This document shows positions 39,237 through 51,439 of a stretch of 64,000 nucleotides of DNA, piece by piece. Within the stretch, counting starts at the first letter, position 1; each line of letters begins with the position of its first letter. This DNA is from Eledone cirrhosa (taxonomy: Eukaryota). The notes beneath the pieces were generated by a model. It saw only the letters and a program-made list of their open reading frames with translations. It made no database searches and was not told the origin of the DNA. The stretch covers positions 58,838,001-58,902,000 of the forward strand of contig OZ024741.1 in NCBI GenBank assembly GCA_964016885.1, written 5' to 3'. The position numbers were made by a program, and so were the translations under genes.

Positions 39237-40344
39237 ATGAAAGACTTGTGTGCACATGTGCAGCTTTCTTTTATTGACTGTTGTTTGTATTGTTTGTAAT
39301 ACTTTTCTTTCCATTTTCATGGCTTCTGTTCTGTATTTTGGGAGGAATTTGTTTGGCAGAGACACTTGAAGAAAGTTTTTATATTTTTGCAGACTCTACC
39401 ACAAACGAATGCACACATCACAAACTTTATAAGATATGGATGGGTCCTCAGTCAGTTTCGAGGATGAGCATGCAGTAGGTGGATTAAGTGGATGTCTGGA
39501 CTGTGAATTAATGTGTAACTGCTTCAGTATTCCACAAACACATCTACCTTTTATGTATTTCTCAGGTAGAATCAGTGTGACATAATGTGACAAAGCTGGA
39601 CATTTGAATTACAAGTATGACCTCCATCACCCCTCCCATATACCTCCCACTTCCTAACACCCCACCCATATCCTAACACTCCACCCATGTCACAATACCC
39701 CACTCCTCACCCATGCCTCTAGATCTATCTCCCCAATTCCCATGCATCTCCCCCACTTAAGTCGCCAGTCCACACTGTAAAGTGTTCATGTAGATGTCAT
39801 GACTAAAAACGCCCAGTCCACACTGTAAAGTGGTCATGTAGGTGTCAGGCCAAAAGCACTCAGTACACACTGTATATGTGGTTGGCATTAGGAAGGGCAT
39901 CCAGCCGTAGAAACCAAGCCAGAATCATCCGACCTGACTTATCCTACAATAGGACAGCTTATTTAACCCATGCTAGCATGGAAAATGGATGTTAAACAGT
40001 GATGATGATGAGTGTATTATAGTGTAAGTATTTGAATATTCCATAGATATTTCACATTATGTCTTGCTGATCTTACCTGAGAAGTATGCTAAGGGTACAT
40101 ATGGTTGTGGAATACTCAAGCATAATTCCTAAACTGAATCAGTATGACACAATATGTGACAAAGATGGGTCTTTGAATTACAGGTACAATGGCTTCAATG
40201 GGCTTCAAAATAGTTTTCATCTAGTTAATTTCACTTACAAGGCTAAAAGACAAAGAAGACCATGGTAAGATTTGAACTCAGATCACAGAGACCTGGAACA
40301 AATATTCAATATTTTGCTACTCTGCCAAATCAACCACCTTATAT

Positions 40345-40600
40345 ATCATCATCATCATAATCATCATCATTTTACGTCCACTTTTCTCTGCTTGCAAGGG
40401 TTGGACAGGTCCTATTCAGCACAGCATCTCTCCACTTGTCACAATCCTTCGTCATTTCCTCGGTGAGTTTCAGCGATCTGAGGTCTGCTCTCACCACCTC
40501 CGCCCATGTTTATTGTGGTCTACCTCTACTGCATCTTCCTTCTACTGGGATTTCTTGGCACTTCTTTACCCAGCGGTCATCCTCCATACACATCACATGT
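40345..40600 (-). mobile_element. RTE 3' ORF fragment with tail
   Basis: [25 protein letters not shown]; (GAT)n tail. Confidence 0.8.
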
Positions 40601-40631
40601 CCATATATATTATATATATATATATATACAC

Positions 40632-40722
<91 letters not shown>

Positions 40723-41255
40723 CATATATATATATATACACACATACATATATATATATATACACACATACATATATATATATACATATATACATACATA
40801 TATATGTATATATATATATGTATGTATATATGTATATATATGTACATATATACATACATATATACATATACACATATACATGCATACATGTGTTTGATTT
40901 ATTATGCTGCCAGAAACTCATTCATTTTACTTCTTACTTAAATGTTCCAAACTATACATCAATCATTAACTGTGAGAATGTATTATTAATTACACAATAC
41001 ATCATTAAACATACATCAGTCTCTGTCGCAACATATAACATACAGCAATTGCGCTAATGTAAACTGTTATATCACAGACAAATAACTCAACTTAAAAATA
41101 AACGAGAATTAAACTGTAAAACATGTGTAATGTTAGATCTGCATCAGTTCTAACTATGAGTGTTCCAGTTGTTTGATCAAAAGAATGATCTGTTGTTTGG
41201 GAAATCTCATGCAAGTAGCTGAGCATTCCAATGACGTCTGTTAGTTCCAACAAGC

Positions 41256-41320
41256 TGTTTGATCAATGGAACAGTCTACTGTTTGTCAAACAAACAGTAG
41301 ACTGTTCCACTGATCAAACA
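41256..41320. repeat. 30-bp-arm inverted repeat within SINE B debris
   Basis: tgtttgatcaatggaacagtctactgtttg / caaacagtagactgttccactgatcaaaca. Confidence 0.8.
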
Positions 41321-41735
41321 TGTCTATTGGAGCTCCATCAGCTCTGATGACTATTCCAGTTGTTTGATAAATGCAACAGCCTGCTTGTAAAATTTACATG
41401 CAATTGGCTGAGTTTTCTGCTGACATGTACTTTTAATGTAATTCTCAGGGAGATTCAGCAGGACTCAGAGTGTGACGAGGCTTAACCTTTGTATTATAGT
41501 TTAGGAGAGATGGTCACCATTTTAGAAGGCTGCGTTGTTTTATGATTTAGAGGGGAGTTCGTTTCCCTAGTTTGGCTGGTAGAACATCTCTTCTATTTGT
41601 TGTTAGGTGTAGGTAAACAATTAAGCTATAAGAACATACCTAGAGATTATATGTACATGAGCATTTTAATCAGAGCAATAAACAAAACAGGTTATCATAT
41701 CAGTTGCTCCATGATTGGTAATTCGTAATTATCTC

Positions 41736-42226
41736 ACACACTTGCACCTCTCCAAGACAATGTCACTGGACCGAGATCTTTGGCGCTACACAGTCATACA
41801 GAAGACCCGCCTTGCCTAAGTACAAAGCGAAACCTACAGTCAGTAGGCACCTCTAACAAAATAAACCCCCCCCTCCCCCCGGTCCCACTACCCCCACCAC
41901 ATCCACACCACCCCCTTAAATGTGAAGTTATATTGGTACCACAACATCCAGTCCGAAACAAATGAGGTCGTGTAGGTGTCACGACAAAAAAAAACACACA
42001 GTCCACGCTGTAATGTGGCCGTGTAGGTAACACGGTAAAAACCTCCCAGTCCACACTGTAAATGTGGTTGGTGTTAGGAAGGGCATCCAGCCGTAGAAAA
42101 CCTGCCAGACAGTCCTATACGAGCAGGACAGCAAATCTTGCCTCAAGTGGGAAACCTCCCGTCCAAACCCATGCAAGTGTGGAAGATGGACGTTAAACGA
42201 TGATGATGATGATGATGATGATGATG
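41736..42226 (+). mobile_element. 5'-truncated RTE copy, same family as 27553-30273
   Basis: Reverse complement of ~27553-28028 at high identity; (GAT)n tail. Confidence 0.9.
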
Positions 42227-43422
42227 GCGGTATTCAAATATCCTATGACCGCATGGTGCAATATCGCTGTTTCGCCACAGTGAAACTCGCCTGCTCGCAT
42301 CAACATACAAAGTTGAAAAAGAGAGTGTATTCAGCTACTGACGTCAGAACTAAGGGCAGTTAATCGACTGCCGCCAAAGTCAAAACTAGGTGGCGTGAAC
42401 TTCTATGCAACAGCCTGCTTGTAAAATTTACATGCAATTGGCTGAGTTTTCTGCTGACATGTACTTTTAATGTAATTCTCAGGGAGATTCAGCAGGACAC
42501 AGTGTGTGACATGGCTTAACCTTTGTATTATAGTGTAGGTGATTGAGCTTTCTACAAGTGTGTGTATGTGTGTTGGTCCTCCCTTACTTTTCTGAACAGA
42601 ACAGCCTGCTTATGAAATTAACATGCATGTAGCTGAGCAATTGTACCCTTAGTGTAGTTTTCAGTAAGATTCAGCATGACACAAATAAGACAAGACTGAC
42701 CCAGTTACAATTCATTTTGTATTATAGTGTGTGTAGCTGAGTATTCTACAGACATATACAACCTTAATCTCAGGGAGATTTATCATGACATAGTATATGA
42801 CAAGTCTGGTTTTATGAAAAAAGTACAGCTTATTTTTCCTGCTGTGTGGACTGGAGCAATGTGAAATAACGTGCCTTGCTCAAGCACTTTATGAGCAAAT
42901 CATTAGATCGGACCAAAGAAACAATATTTCTAATGGTCTTTCGATTGCTGATATGATCTGCCAATCACAACACCTGGCAGATGAAAGGAGCTGAACATCA
43001 GAACACAGTCGATGCTCAAGAACACAGTGCACAACCCAGTCCAGGAATTGAGCTGATGATTTTATAATCATTACTTCAAAACCCTAACCACTTAGCCACT
43101 TGCCTTCACTTGTATCACTGATAGTTCTTCATATGGTTTCTAATGGATTCTAATTTAGGCAGAAGGCAAGCAGTTTTATGGAGAAGAGGAAAGTCGATTA
43201 CGGCTTGGTACTTGACAGGTGCTTTATTCTGTTGACTTTAGCAGGATAAAAGCTAGTTGACTTTGGTGAGATTTGAACTCAGTATATAAAGAGCCAGAAC
43301 AAAACCAGCAAGGCCTGTGCCTTCAGTGTATCAATAACAGTCCTACATATAGCACCAAATATCTCTCGGTTTCAATATCCGTTTGTTTGGTTTACTTGGT
43401 TATATTTTTCATCTAACATTAC

Positions 43423-43613
43423 TTGCGTTCCGAGAAGGATTGGAAATATCTTTTATCAGGAAATAATTTGTCACGTTGGAAACTGCTAATATTGGAATTG
43501 TATTTCTCCAGGAATATTTCAACATTATTAATTTGTCTTTCACTTTCAATTATTTCACGGGACTTTTGGTTCAACATTCTTATTTCCTGTGACTCGCTTT
43601 GTAACAAATTGTT
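43423..43613 (-). CDS. Candidate host exon, unknown product
   Basis: tatag| acceptor, open frame NNLLQSESQEIRMLNQKSREIIESERQINNVEIFLEKYNSNISSFQRDKLFPDKRYFQSFSER, aa|gtaatg donor; non-repetitive sequence; weak polypyrimidine tract. Confidence 0.3.
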
Positions 43614-44399
43614 CTATAGATATAGCATGTCAAATTTCCACACTTAATAAATATATGCATATATATTTATTTTCTGTATGTACACATTTGTATGTATGTA
43701 TGTATATTTGTATGCATTTTTGTACATATATATATTTCTGTGTATTTATGCATGTATGTATGCATGTATATACATACAGAAAAGTACATGGACACACATG
43801 CCCCAATTGTTGTATGTGCATATGTCTGTGTGTATATATATATATCATCATCACCATTCAACGTTCATTTTTCTGTTAGCATGGGTTATATATATATATA
43901 TATATATACACACACATACAAAAATACATATGTACACAAACACACACACAGAGATATATTAATGTTGAGTTGTAGATAGATATGTATATAAAAAACAACA
44001 AACATTTATGGATGATGTAACTCCATACATGTTTATATTATATATATCTCAATACTTCAGTTTTGCCAGTGTCACTAGCTAATCACCTATAACCTCTCTC
44101 TCTCTCTCATGTTCCGGCCAACAATAACTTGGTAGAGGTATCCAAGGTAGAGAGAAACTCGAATCTGTAGGATGAGTTTTAATATACTTATTTAGGCCAG
44201 TTAGTACAACACAGCCATACTAGAAACCATATATTTCGTTGGCTTAGATGGCCAACTTTTTCAACCTGTGCTGGTGGAATCAAACCAGAAATTCAGGTTC
44301 AATTCTACTGGCACAGATTGAAAACATTGGTCATCCAAGCCAATATAGTGTATGTCTCTGTTGTAGAAACTGGCCTTAATAATTTTATATATATATATA

Positions 44400-44729
<330 letters not shown>

Positions 44730-46451
44730 TATATTATTAAGGATACTATTTATGGTTATGTATATACTAAAACCTTTTATAGTTATATATATTTTAAACC
44801 CTAAATAGTGAAAGAGAGTAATTTATTATTATCTTATTACCAGTAAGATAAATAGCTCAATGTAATAACATCAGTTGTTCTACAGAGCAGTTATATAGAA
44901 ATTACATGAATCAAAGTTCTGTTTAAACCATTTATTAGCTTACAATTGTTTCTTCCAAACCGAGGTTTGGAGTCTTTGGAGCAATTTTTCAATGATTGTT
45001 TACATACATGACCTCCTTTCCAACACAAGAGACATACAGAAACATATGCATATATTGATGCACAGTGGATTGACATCCATTATAATATTTTAGCATGGCA
45101 ATTTACATTCAAAGATTAAAGTCATATTAAAAGAAAACAAAATATAAGTTAAAATTCAACATTGGCAGTTTACGAAGATAGTGCAAGAGGATAGTTAGAA
45201 GTAGTTAGTGTATGCAATAGTTACACATGGGGCATGCACGTGTGTCTTATTTATATAAGATTATAGTGCGGCAGGGTGTTATATGTAATACAAGCACTTT
45301 AAGCGGGCAATCAAGAGTATTATGGGGGTTGTATTGGTAAAGTATTTTTTTATATGTATGATATAGAAGCTTGTATGCAGAGAAATATTAAAAATATTAA
45401 AAATGAGAAGCAAAACAATGTTATGGTTTTCGTATACACCACCATTTTCACAATCCACGAAACGTAATATATAGATTATATGTCCTTCACATAATCTACG
45501 ATGATTCAATATTGGATGCTTGATGAATTATGTTAGAATATTACAGCTTGTTCTTTAATCCAATTTTATAGAGCAGGTTGTTTTTGTTGCGAGAATTAAC
45601 ATCGTATTATTTTCCGGAAGTGTGTGTGTGTGATTAAGGGGAGTTAATGCGTGAGGGAGGTAACTAGCTGATTTCTATAACTAAATTTATTATCCTAATG
45701 TACATTAAATGTTGTCTCAAATGAGTCCCTATCATATAAGGTTATAAACAGTTTCTAAATTTAAGTATCCTATCTATAAATTACAGTGTAGTCTATCAAG
45801 AAGTACTAAAGGTGTTTATATTAGGATGATTACTCTCTATCATAGAGTGCCACAACTGAATATTCCACATGAAGAGTCAGATCCCCAAATCAATGATCTT
45901 TGTAAGTGTAGTCTACCCGCAGAACCTGGTAGGGTTTTATTAGAATCACTTCTATATATAACTCCTGGTAAGCTCTGGGTCAGTGCATGTCTGATTGCAT
46001 GGCAAAGTTAAATATCACTAGGGTAGACCAGAGATCAATTCCCACTTACAATGTCACTAATCTGACCATCAAGTCATACATGTATGTATAACTCATATAT
46101 CCCTTGTACATAATTCATTGCACTCAGCATATAGGTTATATAGCTCTTTTATGTTAATAAATTAATTAATCTTCCATTTATCCAATGATGGCACTCCATA
46201 CACAGAACAACATTAGCACAACCAATTCAGTGTTTAAAGTTTACATTAATTATATAGTGGTGTAATGTAGTCTAAGTAATTGAAGGCAATGATACCAAAA
46301 GTAGATGTACACAGGGATATCTCTAGGGTAAAAGTTTCCAGAAGGGTGTCACTATTTGTGTTAAAGTGGATCAATGAGTGTGGAGATGTGGTGTTAGGTG
46401 TGCCCTTGAGGTTTGTTGCTAGGGGTGGTGACGGGTTCAAGTCTGACATTG

Positions 46452-46890
46452 TTATATATTGGGTTTAAAGTTTTGGAAGGAGTGTCGGAAGTGGTGCTGG
46501 CAAGACGCGAACACTTCTGACTTTTTATTAAGGAGGTTATGGTTTGAGAAGATAATAGTATGGGTCTCTAGTAGACAGAGGTTACAAAATTTATTAGGTA
46601 GTTTGTACGATATCGCGTTACTTATCACTTCCCATTTAAGTGTATAAGATTTATGTTTAGTTTTTAGATAGTGTATGTAGCTAGATAGTGAAGTGGAGTT
46701 GGCTAGACTGTGTTTTTTGAAAGAGTGGAGGTGCGAATTGTAACTGGTTTTGAAGCAGTTTGAAGTAGAGCCTATACAGGTTTCAGAAGAGTTGCTAGTT
46801 GTGACGGTGCATGAGTATATGATATCCTTGATAAAGCATTTTTTTTATCTAAAGGGCAGGTTCTATTTGATCTACAGTTACAATTATTCT
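46452..46890 (-). pseudogene. PLE (Naiad-like) Cys linker + GIY-YIG endonuclease fragment; element probably ~44730-47164
   Basis: Manual translation: CNCRSNRTCPL..(frameshift)CFIKDIIYSCTV..CIGSTSNCFKTSYNSH..SF..STSLS.YI..LK..W.V...CNLCLLET...LLNKKSEVFASCQH. Confidence 0.85.
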
Positions 46891-47181
46891 GGGTGTTAGT
46901 CTGCCGGTTATTATGTTGTGTAGAAGTCTGGATGGTAGCTATAGGATTATGGTTATGGGGGTTGTCGTTCCCAGCGTTATTGCTTACACTAGTGCTATTA
47001 ATATTATTACTATTGTTATTAGGGTTAGTTGATATAATGTTATTTTGATGGTTTATCGTCTGTTGTGATTTAGTTTGTTGGAAGTAAGAATTAATTTTTT
47101 TTTTTAAGAATTAAGAAAAATTAAGAAAAATTAAGAAAAATTAATTCTTACTTCCAACAAACTATATATATATATATATAT

Positions 47182-47530
47182 GGAGGCACATGGCTTAGTG
47201 GTTAGAGCATTGGCCTTGCAATCGAAAGGTTGTGAGTTCAATTCTCAGACCAGGTGATGTGTTGTTTCCTTGAGCAAGACACTTTATTTCACATTGCTCC
47301 AGTTTACTCAGCTGTAGAAATGAGATGATAGGGACTGGGTTCCCTATCATTCCACTGCAAAGTGGTCGTGGAGGTGCCACGGCAAAAAAGCACCCACCAC
47401 TCACTGTAAATGAGGTTGGTGTTAGGAAGGGCATCCAGCTGTAGAAATCAAGCCAGAATCAGTTCCCGTCCCACCCTTGCAAGCAGGGAAAAGCGGACAT
47501 AAAATCAAATGAAATGAAATGATGAAATGA
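47182..47530 (+). mobile_element. SINE family C full-length copy
   Basis: tRNA-like head (A box tggcttagtgg, ttGCAat loop, B box gagttcaattc) + RTE-like 3' end. Confidence 0.88.
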
Positions 47531-47599
47531 AATATATATATATTTCATTTCATCTGGATCAACAATATATATATTTATTTCATCTGGATCAGCAACTGG

Positions 47600-48642
47600 A
47601 TCAGTTATTCGGATGGAACAAGGGAGTTAGGTGTGACCTACTTGATCTCTCAAAAATAATAATAGAGATATGAGCTTCAGATTACATGAGGATTTCATAA
47701 GATTTGATACAGAGTGGTGGGGAATTATAAAATCCATAGATTCAGCTAAAGAAATGCCCTTTCTATTTACTGATAATTTATCGAGACGAACTGTTCAATC
47801 AAGGAAAAGGGGTTGGGTTAGAGATATTGAGAGTGCTTTGCTAAGAATAGTTAATAAACAAATAACATTGATTTGGATACCAGATCATACAGATATTACA
47901 AGAAATAGGACAGCAGATGAATTAGCAAAAGAGGGAGTACAAAGGGAAACTACATCCCAAATCTATTGCAAGTGAAATCATTTAGCAAAAATATTAGTCA
48001 TGGGTGGGAAAATTTGTGGGAAGAATCTAGAGATAAACTCTTAAATTTCAATTCTCCATTTTCTCAACTAGATCTGCCAACACTTAAACCATATCAGACA
48101 CTGAGTAATGTTAATAAAACAAGACTATGCTGGCTTCGAAGTAGACATATACCATTGAATTATATTTTATCACAAACAGGTCATAGAGAATCACCTCTGT
48201 GTTCTTGTGGTGACTTCTCAGAAACTTTTGGCACTATTTGTTCCAATGTTAAAATTACCAGTCTGAGAGAGAGAAAGAGGACATCTTGAAGCTGATCATT
48301 AAAAACTACCAATATGTTTTAAAAGATCTACTAACAATAAACAAAATCTTAGAGTACACGGAGGTTATGAAAAGATTTAACAACAGAATCTTTTAGCTGC
48401 TTTACAGCTTCCCTTGCTTTCTATTTTAAAAATATTTTTTATGCTTATTTTGCCTCCCATTAGCCTTCCTATTTAAATTATTTAATTTTATTTTTCAAAT
48501 TTTTATTTTTATATTTCCTTATCTCTATCTATTTTGTTTTTTTGTTTCTCAACTGTAAGCAGTCTAGATACTTTCCAGAGTCTGTCATGGCTTACTAGCT
48601 CTATACAGACGTTTAAATAGATTTAAATGAATAAATAGATAA
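47600..48642 (+). pseudogene. I-superclade LINE 3' part: RNase H + CCHC knuckle + 3' UTR
   Basis: LFTDN, ITLIWIPDHTDITRNRTADELAKEG (cf. WIPGH.GI.GNE.AD.LAK); LRSRH..LN; CSCG..ET..H. Confidence 0.75.
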
Positions 48643-49005
48643 ATTATATATAATTGTTAATTTATCAATTTTATTGATAATCTTTATTGATTTGTTCATA
48701 ATCTTTATTGATTCATTATATCTCCAGTATATCTGTTGTGTCCACTCCAATTCGGGAAAATATTCCTGATATCATCTAGTAAATTTAGTGAGCAGCTAGA
48801 ATCAAGTGATTTGCAGTGCCCCGGAGCATTGTTTGTCATTTAACATAATGAGGAGAACCAGTTTAGCGTACTATTGTTGTTTTTATTAATCTTTTGAATA
48901 ACAACCCACCCAAAATTGCCTTTAGTTCCACAAAACAAAACCATCCATATTAAATAGTTCACATTTAGATTGAAACCTTCCAACATAATTTTATATAAGA
49001 ATGAG

Positions 49006-49258
49006 GACGTGTAGGTGTCAACAAAAAAACACACAGTCCATGCTGTAATATGGCCGTGTAGGTAACACGGTAAAAACCTCCCAGTACACACTGTAAACGT
49101 GGTTGGTATTAGGAAGGACATCCAGCCGTAGAAAACCTGCCAGACAGTCCTATACGAGCAAGACAACAAATCTTGCTGCAAGTGGGACAATTCCCGTCTA
49201 AACCCATGCTAGCGTGGAAGATAGACGTTAAACGATGATGATGATGATGGTGATGATG
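49006..49258 (+). mobile_element. RTE 3'-UTR fragment
   Basis: Matches 41965-42226; (GAT)n tail. Confidence 0.85.
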
Positions 49259-49730
49259 AACCCTATAAGTTATGTTGTGAGTACCTTCTTAATAAAAATC
49301 TAGTAAACCTCTCCAAATTATTGTACATACTCCAATATAAGACGACCCCCACCCTATTTTATGTGTGAGAAATGGGTAAAAATCCCAACCTCATATATAA
49401 GCTAAGGCAGCTAATCAACATGTTTAGATGATTAGATGATGTATTTAAACCCCTCCCCCACCTCCTCATGTTACAAACAATTCTTTGGTCACATATTCCT
49501 CAGCTGATATTCAAGTATATATAGTAATTGATATACTGTACATTCCATTAGATATTTGGTCAGGAGAGGGTTAGGGGTGGTTATGTACTCTTTTGCTTCT
49601 CATATAATAGAATTCTAATTGTTAGTATCACATTTTGGTAATAGTATTAAATAATAATTTCTTTTGTTTATGTTAATTAATTTTGGTCTTGGATTTTGAT
49701 TGGAATTATGTAAGATTATTAAATTCCTAT

Positions 49731-49988
49731 TTAACCTTTTCGTTACTGTATATCCAATGAACTAAACTGCTAATGTGTTTCAATTATTTTTTAAATAACA
49801 AACATTTGAAGTAATTTAATAAAATGTTTTTTTTATTAGTTAGCTGATGTTTGGAACATTACTTAAGAAAACTTTCTAAAATAAGATTACGATGAAAGAT
49901 TTTAATATAAAGATAAACATTTTAAAATTAGCAGTTTTGTATCATGAACCCAGGGCAGTTTCAGGCAGTTTGGTATTAAAAGGGTTAA
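49731..49988. mobile_element. TTAA MITE family 1 (another, reversed copy at ~50623-50857)
   Basis: ttaacctttt...aaaagggttaa. Confidence 0.7.
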
Positions 49989-51091
49989 AGAGTCTTGAAA
50001 GATGTAAACATTTCTGAATTGCCCTAGTTTTACTGAATTATCTTTAACTGTTTATTAGTCAGGGAAGGCATGGCAATGTCCATTACTATGATGAACAGCC
50101 TCCGTGACTGTTGATAGGAGGATATTCTCAAAGCAAAAACTTGGCTCAAATATTTGTTACAGAGTAATGGGGGTTGTGTTCTATAATCACTCAAAGGCCA
50201 GGTGATTGTGTTAGATCAGCCACAGCAGGGTTTTGTCCACAGAACCCAAAGGACTGGATCAAATACTGCAAGACATCTTGTTGAATGCTCTAACAACTCT
50301 TCTGGTTCACTGACCTGGACTGGTTCATTATTTTATCGATCTCAGAAGTACAATCTTGGTTCAAATGCCCTGAATTCTTTATTCACTGTTTTTTTTTCTT
50401 CTTGATTTAACACCTATAATTGAAATGTCATGGGTTCAATTCCTGGACCAGATACGTGTGTTATGTTCTTAAGAAAAACACTTAATTTCACATTGCTCCA
50501 GTAGACTCCACTGAAAATCAATGCCAGCAATAGTCAGGGGTAACCCTAACCCTAGGAAACCAGGAGAAACACTGGCTTAATGAGCTTCTGGGATTGAGAG
50601 AGACTTTAGACTTTTTTTTAGAACACCTTTAATATCAAACTGTTCAGAACCACACCTGGTTCAATAATACAAAACGTTTTATAATTTTTTAAAAGCTCCC
50701 ATCATAATGCTATGTAAGAACCTAAGTTAAGTTGTGTTCCAAACACCAGCATAATAATGAGAAAGTTAGTTACATTACTAAATCTTTAAAAATTCTAGAT
50801 TATTTCCAAAGTCATAGGTAGTGTCTTTAATTAGATATATAGTAATAAAAGGGTTAATATAAAGTTATGTGTGTATCCCAGGTGTGTCTTGTGCCAAAAA
50901 AAAAAAAAAAAAATTAACATATTATCTCATTTTGATTATGGAGTCTTCGATTTCTCCCTCAGAGAATTCTTCAGTTTGTTGTTCTTTTAGATAGAATGGA
51001 GATATTTTTTTGTGAGTGGGAATAATTAAAATATTGGTCTAATTACACACAATGAAATTTTTGTATTTTTTACATTGTAAATTTATCTTCC

Positions 51092-51428
51092 ATGATGATG
51101 ATGATGATGATGGTAAAGATGATCATGATGATGGTATGTTGGTGATGATAATTATGGTGGTGTTGATGTTGATGGTGGTGATAATTCATCATCACCATGA
51201 TCATTATCACATGATCATCATCACATGATCATCATCACATGATCATCATCATCACCATGATCATCATCATCACATGATGATCATTATCACCATCATCATC
51301 ATTATCACCATCACCATCATCAAACACATGATCATCATCATCACCATGACATTCATCATCACCGTGATCATCACCACCACCATCTTCATCATTATCACCA
51401 CCATCCTACCCCTATCATCATTATCATC
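51092..51428. repeat. Degenerate (GAT)n then (ATC)n microsatellite
   Basis: Seen directly; the orientation flips at ~51185. Confidence 0.9.
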
Positions 51429-51439
51429 TGGTATCTTCT

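Noticed and set aside
42250-42315. Hammerhead-like GAAAC..GUC on minus
   Set aside because: Core TTGATGC and stems I/II do not pair convincingly
44228-44268. Hammerhead on minus (stem gttggc/gccaac + GAAA)
   Set aside because: The core reads TTGAAAAA instead of CTGANGA and stem I is missing; at most a decayed relic
47182-47255. tRNA-Cys gene
   Set aside because: No proper acceptor stem; it is the head of a multi-copy SINE
50538-50555. Interstitial telomere repeat (taaccctaaccct)
   Set aside because: Only about two units; expected by chance
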